From positions 3,150,001 to 3,182,000 of the forward strand of contig NZ_CP021983.2 in assembly GCF_002075285.3 (NCBI RefSeq): 32,000 bases of DNA, written 5' to 3'. A model generated the notes under the pieces. That model was given only the letters and a program-made list of their open reading frames with translations. It was not told where the DNA came from and made no database searches. The position numbers and the translations under genes are program-made. The first letter of the stretch is position 1; every line of letters begins with the position of its first letter. Of the stretch, positions 16,201 through 25,513 are shown piece by piece. This stretch comes from Halomicronema hongdechloris C2206 (GTDB lineage: Bacteria; Cyanobacteriota; Cyanobacteriia; Phormidesmidales; Phormidesmidaceae).

Positions 16201-17394
16201 ATGGGAGCATCCAATACCCTGATATGTGGCTATTATGGCCATTACAACTGGGGCGATGAGGCCATGTTGACGGGGTTGCTACGGCTACTACGCCCCTACT
16301 GTCCCCATGTCACTGTCTATTCAGCGGCCCCTGATAATACCCAGGCTCGTCATGGGGTGAAGACCCTTTCGACAGTGCCGCCGCGTCGGCGTTTGCAAGC
16401 TTGGCGTCAGCAATGGCAGCATACTCGAGCGATGCTGACCCATCGCTGTTTTGTCTTGGGCGGAGGCGATCTACTGCGGGATAGCCCCACCCATGAGGTA
16501 GCAGGGGTATGGTTGGCTCCTCTGCAGCAGGCAGTGCAGCTGGGACATACCACCTTGGTCTTGGGCATTAGCGTTGGCGATATTTGGAAAGCTGAGAGTC
16601 GACAGCAAATTCCTCGGGTGTTGAATCGGGTATCCCTGATCGCCGTGCGAGACCAGATATCGCGGCACAGGCTGATTGATTTAGGAGTGAGGCGACCGAT
16701 TCAGGTGATGCCCGATCTGGCTCTCCAGGCGCTGCCTCCGACTGCTATTCAGCAGCGGTCACAGTCCCGAGAATCTCCCCAAGTTGGCCTGTCTCTTCGG
16801 TCTGTGATGGGACGAGGTGCGATCGCACAGGATGCCTGCCAAGCTGACAGAGCTTTAACCCTAGATGCCCATCTCCAGCAGGTAATGGCCACCATTGCCG
16901 ACACGTTAATTGAACGCCACGGAGCCACCATTCATCTCGTGCCCTTTCAGGCTTATCCGGCTGAGTATCACAAGCGACATCGTCCTAGTGTAGACGACCA
17001 TGCCTTTGGCTTAGTCAGTCAGCAGCTTAGCCGCTACCCCGAACAATGGATTTGCCATCCCTACATTGCATCCCTAGACCAGCTGTTGACGATCCTGCAG
17101 TCCTTAGATCTGATGATTGGAACTCGACTGCACTCATTAATTTTGGCCGCAGGAAGTGGCGTACCGGCCATAGCCATCGAGTACGACCCCAAAGTGTCAG
17201 GCTTCATGGCAGCAATTGATCAGACTACCTATGTCCATCCCCTGGAAAACCTCAATACCACTGCCATTACGACCCAAGCAGAAGCTATCTTAACCCGTTG
17301 GCCTCAGGCCCATAGCGCGATTCTAACTGGCCTGGCTCAATACAATCGGGGTTGGCAGTCCCCAGTCTCCTCTCTGGAGGACTTACTAAGGTAA
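16201..17394 (+). CDS. polysaccharide pyruvyl transferase family protein (CsaB-like)
   Basis: The N-terminal motif GYYGHYNWGDEAMLTGLL is characteristic of PS_pyruv_trans/CsaB-type enzymes. The C-terminal region IGTRLHSLILAAGSGVPAIAIEYDPKV also fits the family. Confidence 0.7.
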   Translation: MGASNTLICGYYGHYNWGDEAMLTGLLRLLRPYCPHVTVYSAAPDNTQARHGVKTLSTVPPRRRLQAWRQQWQHTRAMLTHRCFVLGGGDLLRDSPTHEVAGVWLAPLQQAVQLGHTTLVLGISVGDIWKAESRQQIPRVLNRVSLIAVRDQISRHRLIDLGVRRPIQVMPDLALQALPPTAIQQRSQSRESPQVGLSLRSVMGRGAIAQDACQADRALTLDAHLQQVMATIADTLIERHGATIHLVPFQAYPAEYHKRHRPSVDDHAFGLVSQQLSRYPEQWICHPYIASLDQLLTILQSLDLMIGTRLHSLILAAGSGVPAIAIEYDPKVSGFMAAIDQTTYVHPLENLNTTAITTQAEAILTRWPQAHSAILTGLAQYNRGWQSPVSSLEDLLR

Positions 17395-17421
17395 TGACAG
17401 TGATCCATCAGGTGCATCGCC

Positions 17422-18351
17422 ATGACAACTCAGCCTATCTTCATCGTGGGCGTGCCTCGCTCAGGCACGACCCTCATGACCACCCTGCTATCTGCCCATG
17501 CTCGTGTTGCCATCTCTCCGGAAACCCATTTCTTAGATGAATGGTTACCACGCTACCAACATTGGTGTGCCCTTGAGCGAGCCGATCATTTCCAGCAATT
17601 CTGGCAGAATTGGAGCAGCAGTCAGCGATTTTCCTATTTCGGGGTTGATCCAGAGCAGGTGTTTCAACGTCTTCAAGCGCAGCCAGCAATCAACTTCAAA
17701 GTCATCTTCCAAAGTCTTTTAGAAGAGTATGCTATCAGCCAGGGAAAATCTCGCTGGGGCGAGAAAACCCCCATGCATTACCGCCATCTGCAGACCTTAC
17801 TAAACTGGTATCCCAATGCTCGAGTCATTTGGATGATACGAGATCCGCGGGCAACGGTGGCCTCGTTGTTACCACTAGCCTGGGCCAGTAATTCAGCCCG
17901 CAGCAATGCCCAACATTGGCTGGGCAGTCTACATTTGTTTGAGACCCGTTGGCGACGAGATCATCGAGTGCTGCTGGTGCGGTATGAAGATTTAGTCACT
18001 GTCCCAGAGTCAACCCTGGTTCAGGTCTGCAAATTTATCGGCGAAGTTTACGACCCTAGCATGATTACAAATCGCTCCGAGCAGACTTGCCCGGTCATTA
18101 ACCGCTGTAGTTGGGCTGAGAGACACCTGAAGCAGGCCCTACAGCCGATTAGTCAACAAGGTCTTCACAAATGGAAGCGACGACTCTCTCGGCGTCAGGT
18201 GGTCAATATTGAGTTGATTACTCGTTCAAAGCTAGAGACCTATGGTTATCAGTTAACTGTCCCGCCTTGGTTTTTAGCTAGTTGGCATTGGGCATCGACG
18301 ATGCGCTCTCGTCTACAGTTACTCAATCTCCATCAGATACTAGACATGTAA
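17422..18351 (+). CDS. sulfotransferase family protein
   Basis: The 5'-PSB loop is IFIVGVPRSGTTLM. The 3'-PB-like motif is VIWMIRDPRATVAS. The block VRYEDLV...KFIG is typical of PAPS-dependent sulfotransferases. Confidence 0.8.
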   Translation: MTTQPIFIVGVPRSGTTLMTTLLSAHARVAISPETHFLDEWLPRYQHWCALERADHFQQFWQNWSSSQRFSYFGVDPEQVFQRLQAQPAINFKVIFQSLLEEYAISQGKSRWGEKTPMHYRHLQTLLNWYPNARVIWMIRDPRATVASLLPLAWASNSARSNAQHWLGSLHLFETRWRRDHRVLLVRYEDLVTVPESTLVQVCKFIGEVYDPSMITNRSEQTCPVINRCSWAERHLKQALQPISQQGLHKWKRRLSRRQVVNIELITRSKLETYGYQLTVPPWFLASWHWASTMRSRLQLLNLHQILDM

Positions 18352-18496
18352 CCCCGAGCATACTAGCAGCTTGTTCGACAGGATTGCCCTAAGAGGATAT
18401 TTGGAAAGTACTCTGCAACCTTGCTCCAGACTGGATTCTGGCCAACAGAACCATACGCTCTAAAATGCCTACCTTACAGGCCTTTCAGCCGAGTTT

Positions 18497-19753
18497 TCAA
18501 ATGTCCTCTAAGGCCATGACTGATTTATAGATGGTTAAATGCTCCTCAAATATCTGGGCAATATGTAGTCGTCCCCTGAGGCGAGCTAGAGCTTGATCTT
18601 GGTGGACTGCTGACACAGCTTCAGAATCTTGCAGCTGAGCATTAATAGCCTTTGCTAGGGCTGTTGCCGTATAGGGAGTAAAGACTCTAATCGCTCCTGG
18701 TTCCAACTGGTTATAGGCCTCAATTTGAGGCCATTGAGAAGCCAGAATTGGCCGCCCTAAGGCGATCCAAGTAGATAATGACCCCGATGCTGCCATCTTC
18801 GAGAAGGGGCACAACGCTAAATCACTAGCCCACAGATAGCGAGCCAAGGTCTCATCGTCGAGGTAACCAGTAATCAGCAACTGTGATGTCACCCCTAGGT
18901 CTGCTGCTAGCTGTCGTAGTTCTTGCAAAAAGGCCTGATTTTCCGAAGTAGCCATGCCAGCGAAGATCAGCATGACAGTATCAGGGAGTTGGGCCAAGGC
19001 TTCAATAGCCAAGCGATGTCCCTTTCCTCGGGAAATAAACCCCTGCAGGGTTACAATTTGGCGATGGTTGAGGCCAAGTTGATCTTTAGCTGCTTGAGGA
19101 GATAGCCGTAGCACTGGCTCTTCCACGAAGTGGGGAATTACCTGAAGTTTCGAAATGCCATGAGCTCGGGAAGACGAATAAACAATATCTGCAGAATTGT
19201 GCCAATTTCTGCCGCAGATATACTGCAAATGCTGAGCTTCTTCCTGCGTGCAAACTAACACCCGATCACTCTGCTGTACCAGATGTAGCAGGGTTATGCT
19301 ATCTGGCAACCGCTGTTGCCACAGTTGCCGCAGCGTGCTGCGCAAAGCCAAGGATGGTGACTTAGCATAGCTCCGTTGCCGCTGATTTTCCTGCCATACC
19401 ATCTGCCCTAGCTGAGCCGGGGAGTATAACACCGTATCGATATCATGCATTGTGACAACTAGTGGAACAGCCAAGGACTGTAGAAATTGTCGCAGTCGTT
19501 GCCACTGTTGCCAGCCTCCTCCCCAGAGATATTTACTAAACTGCCCATGCACCACATTGCAAGTCGATAGTTTGTGACCAGCTTCCTTTAACTGGCAAGC
19601 ATCGGCATCAGGTGCCGTTAGCTTGACCTCTACTACTTGAATATCTAACTCACCGCGCTTTTTTCCCTGTTGAGCTAGCAAGCGACCATACCGGGTCACA
19701 CCACTCTCGTATTCTGAATTGGCATCCGTCGTCTGCAAAAAGCCAATTCTCAT
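18497..19753 (-). CDS. glycosyltransferase, GT-B fold (GT1/GT4-like)
   Basis: The C-terminal Glycos_transf_1-like region reads VTLQGFISRGKGHRLAIEAL...LIFAG...ITGYLDDE...SDLALCPF..SGSL..ALGRPILAS. The gap to the upstream GT gene is 9 nt. Confidence 0.65.
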   Translation of the reverse strand: MRIGFLQTTDANSEYESGVTRYGRLLAQQGKKRGELDIQVVEVKLTAPDADACQLKEAGHKLSTCNVVHGQFSKYLWGGGWQQWQRLRQFLQSLAVPLVVTMHDIDTVLYSPAQLGQMVWQENQRQRSYAKSPSLALRSTLRQLWQQRLPDSITLLHLVQQSDRVLVCTQEEAQHLQYICGRNWHNSADIVYSSSRAHGISKLQVIPHFVEEPVLRLSPQAAKDQLGLNHRQIVTLQGFISRGKGHRLAIEALAQLPDTVMLIFAGMATSENQAFLQELRQLAADLGVTSQLLITGYLDDETLARYLWASDLALCPFSKMAASGSLSTWIALGRPILASQWPQIEAYNQLEPGAIRVFTPYTATALAKAINAQLQDSEAVSAVHQDQALARLRGRLHIAQIFEEHLTIYKSVMALEDI

Positions 19754-19762
19754 GGCAATCTC

Positions 19763-21019
19763 CTAAGGTGAAGTGTTGACGACATCGGCTGTAGCTGCTT
19801 GGATAATTGGCGTCAATGCCTGCCAAGAATACTGAGTTTGCACCCACTCATAGGCTGCCTGTCTCAAGCGATTCTTGAGGGTATCATCTACCAAGAGTCT
19901 CGAGACTGCCACGATGATTTCATCGGCCGTATTCGCCTGTAACCAATGAGTGCCAGGATAACCGACAATTCCTTCAACTCCCTTTTCAGTAGTTACGACC
20001 GGGCATTCCGCTGCAAAAGCTTCTAGAATTTTTAGGCGAGTGCCGCCGCCAACTTGTAATGGCATCACTGTCAGGGTGGCTATGGCCAAGTAAGGTCGCA
20101 CATCTGCTACTCGACCAGTCACGGTGATAGCTCCCTGAGATAACCGAGCTGCATGGCGCATCAGCGGCGTCGGGGCATCACCCACCAGTAAAAGTCGCGT
20201 ATTAGGGTGAGTTGCCTGGACTGCAGGAAAGATCGCCTCGATTAAAATTTCGGCGGCCTTAGCGTTGGGTTGGTAGGAAAAGGTGGCAGTGAATAGTAAG
20301 TACTGGCATCCCTCAGGTAAATGGGGGGGGGAGGCTATCTCTCTAGAGCGAACCCCTGCGTAAAATCTAGTGTCGATGCCGTTGGGGACAACCTGAATTG
20401 ACGATGGAGGACGACCATAGAGCCTTTGGATCAACTGGGCATCTTGCTTACTACAGGTCCAGAGCTGATCGACTTGGCCAATCACTCGCCGCTCAATGGC
20501 TCTGACCTTACGGCTGAGCAAGGTGGCTTCTAGGCGATCTCTGAAATCACTTAAGTTCTGTTCTATGGCTTGCCGTAGGGAAAATTCAACATTATGGGCG
20601 TCATAGATGAGGCGAGCCGAACTTTGCAGCAATACTGGCAGATAACGATGCAACCAAAGCTCTTCCAGGATGATCACATCCGGTTTAAAGTCTTGTACGA
20701 GCTGCTGCAATTGCCAGGCGACTCGGCCGGAATAAAAATCGTCAGCCCACCAGTGGCCATAGGGGCGTAGCCACCAGAGTTTTTTCTCCAGCTTACGGAG
20801 AATATGTCGTTGCTGGGCGATGTCATCTCCATGAATGCTCTGCCAGAGGGCAACGTCGGGGGGAACTTCCTGCTGACGAGGGGCCCGGCGGGAGAGTATC
20901 GCGACGACGGCCACTGGTCCCAGGGCTTTGACAGCGGTGATGTTTTGCCAATTGCGCAGGGCGGCTCCACCCATGGGTGGATAAATTGGCTTGCCCGTGA
21001 GAAACAGCGTTCGCAACAA
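19763..21019 (-). CDS. glycosyltransferase family 4/1 (GT-B)
   Basis: The N-terminus reads PIYPPMGGAALRNWQNI. The C-terminal region reads LLLVGDAP...VTGRVADVRPYL..ATLTVMPLQVGGGTRLKILEAFAAECPVVTTEKGVEGI, which contains an E-x7-E-like motif. Confidence 0.7.
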   Translation of the reverse strand: MLRTLFLTGKPIYPPMGGAALRNWQNITAVKALGPVAVVAILSRRAPRQQEVPPDVALWQSIHGDDIAQQRHILRKLEKKLWWLRPYGHWWADDFYSGRVAWQLQQLVQDFKPDVIILEELWLHRYLPVLLQSSARLIYDAHNVEFSLRQAIEQNLSDFRDRLEATLLSRKVRAIERRVIGQVDQLWTCSKQDAQLIQRLYGRPPSSIQVVPNGIDTRFYAGVRSREIASPPHLPEGCQYLLFTATFSYQPNAKAAEILIEAIFPAVQATHPNTRLLLVGDAPTPLMRHAARLSQGAITVTGRVADVRPYLAIATLTVMPLQVGGGTRLKILEAFAAECPVVTTEKGVEGIVGYPGTHWLQANTADEIIVAVSRLLVDDTLKNRLRQAAYEWVQTQYSWQALTPIIQAATADVVNTSP

Positions 21020-21103
21020 CGTCTCAAACCCTGGAGTGACTGTTCATCTGTAAGTCCAGTATGCCCAGGAATGGGGGAGGTGTCTCCTGGAGCGGACTCA
21101 TGA

Positions 21104-22156
21104 TTAGGATGCGATCGCCTTAAAGCATGCCAGGGTTTGCCGTCCAATCACAGACCACTCAAATGGGTCTAGGGGGGCTTGGGCTGGACGGAGTGTGGTA
21201 ATAGCCCAATGCAGGGCTCGCTGTAGATCTGATGCGTTTAAGTCAGGCTGGTAGGTTTGCACCCAAGAGGTACCCACCTGGGTCTGGAGTTCTTTCAAGG
21301 CCCCTAGGGAGGGAACCAGGATAGGGCAATTGTAGGAGAGGGCCAGTAGGGCACTGCCAGAATTGGCGATCTGGCTGAAGGGTAATACTACTAGGTTGGC
21401 AGCATTGAAAAAGACCTGGAGTCTGTCATTGTCGATGAAGTCTAGGTGTAATTGAACGCGAGGATCCTGATTGGCTGCTTGTTGTACCTGACTAGCCATG
21501 GTCTCGCTAATCGGTTGGCCAGCCACCACTAGCTGCCAATCATAGACCGGTAGGTGTCGAAACTGTTTGATCAGGGCAGGTACATTCTTGTAGGGGCGAA
21601 TTAGCCCCAGGAAGAGTAATACTTTAGTGGTGACTGGAATGCCCAGCCTGGCTTTAGCTGCAGCCCTGTCGATATCGTTGGGGTAGGCATCTCGATAATG
21701 GCCGTGAGGAATAATGCACTTAGGCAATCGGGCAAGCTGAGGAAAGTGATGCTGAGCCTGCTGGGCAATGGTTTGACTGAGGCTGATATAGCTATGCAGC
21801 AGGGGAATAAACTGTCGCCAAAACCAGGCTTGCAAGGTCGGAAAATAGGCGTCGTGGGGCTGGAGGTTATGAATTGTCCACACTAAGCGAGTGCCTCGCC
21901 AGCGCATGTATCGCAGAATCAACAGCACTCCTAGGACTTTCACCCGAGATTGCCAGGGGCGATTGGGATCGAGCAGGTCTTCTAGGGGCCAGTGGATGTG
22001 CAAGATATGAAAGGGGCCTTGCAATGAACTGGAAAATTGAAATTCTCGAACATCCACTCCATGGCGATTCAACTGGCTGTATAAAAGACAGGGATAGGGA
22101 TTTTTATAGCATTTTTTATGGGCAGGCCAAGCCACAATTCTCAAAGCACCTGTCAA
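21104..22156 (-). CDS. glycosyltransferase, GT-B fold (group 1-like)
   Basis: The N-terminus reads NPYPCLLYSQL..GVDV..F......HILHIHWP. The C-terminal region reads VLLFLGLIRPYKNVPALI...LVVAG.P......ANLVVLPFSQIANSGSALLALSYNCPILVP. Confidence 0.55.
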   Translation of the reverse strand: MTGALRIVAWPAHKKCYKNPYPCLLYSQLNRHGVDVREFQFSSSLQGPFHILHIHWPLEDLLDPNRPWQSRVKVLGVLLILRYMRWRGTRLVWTIHNLQPHDAYFPTLQAWFWRQFIPLLHSYISLSQTIAQQAQHHFPQLARLPKCIIPHGHYRDAYPNDIDRAAAKARLGIPVTTKVLLFLGLIRPYKNVPALIKQFRHLPVYDWQLVVAGQPISETMASQVQQAANQDPRVQLHLDFIDNDRLQVFFNAANLVVLPFSQIANSGSALLALSYNCPILVPSLGALKELQTQVGTSWVQTYQPDLNASDLQRALHWAITTLRPAQAPLDPFEWSVIGRQTLACFKAIAS

Positions 22157-22196
22157 GGTTAAACCTCATAAATCTGACTAATAGTTGCAACGTGAC

Positions 22197-23192
22197 TTAA
22201 TTACAACGGCGAGGGTTGCGAAGACAATAAATCTGAGCCTTAAGCCAAGTGACCCAGGTTTGTAGTGGGCTTAACAGAGAACTCATCAGGAGTTCTCGCT
22301 CAGACGCGACGACAACATCGTTTCTGGCCGTATTTTTGTATTTCAGCAGATGTAAAATTAGCTTGCGGAAATCGTTGAGAATATACGCTGGCAGAATCAA
22401 AGGGCGCTGCCAATGGGGGTATCGAATCATGCGGGTATGATATCGGCTAATACCAATGCCCCGGAAAAAGCGCAGCAAATAGTCTCGCTCTAACCGAGTT
22501 TTAGGAATTTGATGGTAGATGTGCATGGCGGGGTTAAACCAGATGGTTCCGCCAGCCTTTTTGATGTAGAGCAGTGCTTCAATATCTTCCCCTTTCTGGC
22601 TTAGGGATCGTCCCACGGGTCCCTTAAGAATTTGCCGTTGGGGAACGTGATTGAGCCAGACAGCGCGGCGAATCACTAGGCCTGCTCCCGGGGGTAAGGT
22701 GTTGGTGAAGGCATAAATACCTTGAGTAAAACAGACGATTTCGTCGCGCTCAATAATCGGTAGAAATTGTGCGATGCGGTCAAAATTTCGGGGAGGGGAG
22801 ACTTCGTAAACGCCATGAATCTGGCTACCGACGGCAGCAGCTTCGGGATGGGCAGCGGCAAAGGTGATGGCTGCCTTGACCCAGTCTTGAGCAGGCACAT
22901 TGTCGTCGTCTAGGAAGCCGATTAAAGGGGCCTGGGCTTCGTCGATGGCCCGACGTCGGGCATGGGAGGCTCCTAATCTGGGCTCGTAACAATACCGAAG
23001 GGATGAAGCAGCAGACCAGTGAGCCTGATAGCTGTGAATGACAGTAGCTGTATTATCGACGCTGCAGTTATCAACGATGACGATTTCCCAGGGAATCTGA
23101 TCAAGGCCGGTTTGCGATCGCAACGCCGCTAAGACGGCGGGCAATCGCAGGGCGCCGTTATGAGTTCGGATCGCGACCGTAAAATCTGGCAT
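22197..23192 (-). CDS. glycosyltransferase family 2
   Basis: From the ATG at 23192 the product begins MPDFTVAIRTHNGALRLPAVLAALRSQ...WEIVIVDNCSVDNT, with the D-x-D motif FLDDDN. The ORF track extends to a GTG at 23285, but that 31-aa extension does not look like part of a GT2 domain. Confidence 0.8.
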   Translation of the reverse strand: MPDFTVAIRTHNGALRLPAVLAALRSQTGLDQIPWEIVIVDNCSVDNTATVIHSYQAHWSAASSLRYCYEPRLGASHARRRAIDEAQAPLIGFLDDDNVPAQDWVKAAITFAAAHPEAAAVGSQIHGVYEVSPPRNFDRIAQFLPIIERDEIVCFTQGIYAFTNTLPPGAGLVIRRAVWLNHVPQRQILKGPVGRSLSQKGEDIEALLYIKKAGGTIWFNPAMHIYHQIPKTRLERDYLLRFFRGIGISRYHTRMIRYPHWQRPLILPAYILNDFRKLILHLLKYKNTARNDVVVASERELLMSSLLSPLQTWVTWLKAQIYCLRNPRRCN

Positions 23193-23445
23193 GTTTAGCC
23201 GGGTAGATTCACGCTGTCGACGCAAGCAGACGGCACCCCATTTTCGATTATGGTTCCCAGGAAACCCAGACGGATCATTGGCCACAGCACTACCGTTATC
23301 CCCTGACGACTATTTTTTCACACTCGTTCCCCGTCAGCATAGCCTTTATGGAAATCGAATTTTGCGGTGAAGAGTTACTAGGTTGCTCAGCCAATAAAGG
23401 CCCTGTTCTGACTTGTATTCAAGTAATTTGTCGGTCACTGCTCAA

Positions 23446-23730
23446 TCAGGACTGCCAGTCAGGGCACGCTCCCTCTTGTTGCCAACCGTAGGGATGAATG
23501 GCACAAATCAACGTTGTGCGGGTTGCCTGGCTAGTACCATAGGTGACGCCATGGTAGTTAATGCAACCCTGGCAGGCTGGGGGACGAGACGTGGTTCTCT
23601 CACAAAAGCCTACTTGCGATCGCAAAATATGCTGTTTACTCTGGGCCCGATGCCACTGTTCGTAGGCGCGACGACGACACAGATAGTTAGCCCTGAAGAA
23701 GACTTCATCGCTGGCACTCATGGTTGGCAA
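23446..23730 (-). CDS. small Cys-rich hypothetical protein (about 91-94 aa)
   Basis: Six Cys occur in ordered motifs (YLC, GFC, AC-QG-C, LICAIHPYGW, ACPDW). This strand is preferred over the overlapping plus-strand TTG-initiated ORF, which lacks protein-like features. Confidence 0.5.
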   Translation of the reverse strand: MPTMSASDEVFFRANYLCRRRAYEQWHRAQSKQHILRSQVGFCERTTSRPPACQGCINYHGVTYGTSQATRTTLICAIHPYGWQQEGACPDWQS

Positions 23731-23808
23731 TCCTAGGAGATATCTCTAGGCTACCCAGGATGCCCCAGCGACAGGTGAAATCTTAAAGAGACATAAACTA
23801 CTCACGCC

Positions 23809-25485
23809 CTAGCCCTGGGGAACTTGGAGATCAGTACCATCGCCTGGAGAAAGAGACGGAGTGGCCTCGCCATCGAACCTGGTATCCCCAGTTGCATCTC
23901 TTGCCTCCTCCGGCACCGTCGTCTCTGTCGTTGAAACAGCCTGAGTCATCTCCTGCTGTACGCGCTCAGTAATTCGTCGGATCAATTCGCCAGCACGGCC
24001 ATCATTGTCAGGGCGCTGCACCAAAATGGCCAGGGCGTAACGTTTACCACTGCGGGTGTCCACCAGGGCAACATCCCCGAGTAAGGATTTAATATCTCCG
24101 GTCTTATTGGCCACGATGGCGCCATTTCCAGCTGCTGATGGAATCAAAGAGCGATTATCAGTGCGCTGCATGATCGCCAGCAACCGATCTCGCGATCGTA
24201 GCGACAAGAGCTCTCCCTGGTTGACCCTGGCCATCAAAGTCACCAAATCCTGAGCACTGGTTGTATTGGTTCCCCCTAGATCAGGCAAGGGGCTGCGAAT
24301 CACGGTGGCAGATAACCCCCATTGGCGAAACTGTTGGTTTAAGGCTGTAGCCCCTCCCAACAGCTCGATAATCATATTGGTGGCAGTGTTGTCACTGCTA
24401 ACAATCATCTGGGTAGCCACCTCAAGTACGGGGTACTGTGTGTCTAAGGGCTGCTCGCGGAGCTCCCCAGACCCCCCGGCCAGATCTTGCTGCCGCAGAG
24501 TTAGCCCCTGATCTAAGGTAACTTGTCCTGCATCTATAGCTTGTAGTAATGCCACTAAGATAGGCACCTTAATGGTACTGGCTGCTGGCACAGGAGTACT
24601 GCCATTGACATCAACATAGTCGCCCGTGTCTAAGTCCACCATGAAGGTGGCTTGGGTCAATCCAGGTGTCAGGGCCGATAGACTTTCCAAATCAGCCGCC
24701 AGATAGGTTAATTCAGTATTCCAGGACAGACCACTGTTCGCCCTGGGGTTCGATGACGACTGGGAACGCTCAGGCTCAGCTTGAGTGAGAGCCCCTGGTG
24801 TCGGGGCATCTGCCTCCGTCGGCCCTAGAACTGACAGCACCGTCCCCACAATCGCGGCAACCCCAATCCCTAGGATCAGCAGCCGCATGACATAGAGCAG
24901 GGGAAGGGCTGTCGGCCGAGGTCGTCGTGGCGTGGAAGCAGCATGGGACCGCTCAGATCGAGTGGGGGACTGTGGGGGCCGTCCCCGATGGGCCTTAGCC
25001 GTAGATCTAGCCTTAGCCGTAGATCTAGAGGTATTGGTCGGTTTCGGTCGTAAGGGAGTGACTTTCCGATCGGGGTGAGGAAGGCGTGACTCTGGCCGAG
25101 GGGGTGAGGGTTGTGGTGGCTGGGACAGCGGCCTTGATTGAGGGCGTGGGCCCTGGGAAGGGCGCCTGTGACCCTGGCCAGGGGAGGCCTGATAGGGCGC
25201 TCGGGGGGCCGACCGTGGCGCCGCTTGAGGCGAGCCAGGATGGCTGCTGGCAGGTCTAGACGGGCGCTGATCAGAGGCCGTCGGGGTTGACCGGCGCGAC
25301 GTCCCAGGTGGCGTCTGGAACATCTGCTGTTGGGTGCGCCACCAGTTGCGACGGCGAGGATTAGGACGCTGAGGTCGGGGCCGAGGTGCCCCTTGGGAGC
25401 CAGCGGTATTATTGCCTGCAGTGGGAGGGGAATACCGTCGCAGCGGGGGAGATGGTTGCTGAGAAGAGTTGCCGTACTGTGCCAT
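23809..25485 (-). CDS. membrane-anchored class-A beta-lactamase-fold serine hydrolase with ~195-aa Pro/Arg/Ser-rich N-terminal disordered region
   Basis: The S-x-x-K motif is AASTIKVPILVALL. The SDN motif is VSSDNTATN. The KTG motif is ANKTGDI. A single TM helix reads LLILGIGVAAIVGTVLSVLG. The N-terminal ~195 aa are about 60% P/R/S/Q/T. Confidence 0.8.
   Translation of the reverse strand: MAQYGNSSQQPSPPLRRYSPPTAGNNTAGSQGAPRPRPQRPNPRRRNWWRTQQQMFQTPPGTSRRSTPTASDQRPSRPASSHPGSPQAAPRSAPRAPYQASPGQGHRRPSQGPRPQSRPLSQPPQPSPPRPESRLPHPDRKVTPLRPKPTNTSRSTAKARSTAKAHRGRPPQSPTRSERSHAASTPRRPRPTALPLLYVMRLLILGIGVAAIVGTVLSVLGPTEADAPTPGALTQAEPERSQSSSNPRANSGLSWNTELTYLAADLESLSALTPGLTQATFMVDLDTGDYVDVNGSTPVPAASTIKVPILVALLQAIDAGQVTLDQGLTLRQQDLAGGSGELREQPLDTQYPVLEVATQMIVSSDNTATNMIIELLGGATALNQQFRQWGLSATVIRSPLPDLGGTNTTSAQDLVTLMARVNQGELLSLRSRDRLLAIMQRTDNRSLIPSAAGNGAIVANKTGDIKSLLGDVALVDTRSGKRYALAILVQRPDNDGRAGELIRRITERVQQEMTQAVSTTETTVPEEARDATGDTRFDGEATPSLSPGDGTDLQVPQG
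24993..25028. repeat. perfect 18-bp tandem duplication (CCTTAGCCGTAGATCTAG x2)
   Basis: Direct reading gives identical copies at 24993-25010 and 25011-25028. The duplication encodes RSTAKA-RSTAKA in the disordered N-terminal region of the beta-lactamase-fold protein. Confidence 0.9.
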
Positions 25486-25513
25486 GGTGCTATCTCTCTA
25501 TGGTCGCCGTTGC

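Noticed and set aside
20674-21147. ORF 20674..21147 (-, 157 aa) overlapping the 5' end of the GT4 gene and the intergenic spacer
   Set aside because: It is out of frame with a well-supported glycosyltransferase. Its composition is Pro/Ser/Arg-rich, and it would bridge two genes without any domain signature.
23193-23285. 31-codon GTG-initiated N-terminal extension of the GT2 gene
   Set aside because: GT2 domains normally begin within a few residues of the hydrophobic strand that precedes the conserved Asp motifs (here FTVAI at aa 4-8). The ATG at 23192 gives the canonical MPDFTVAIRTHN start.
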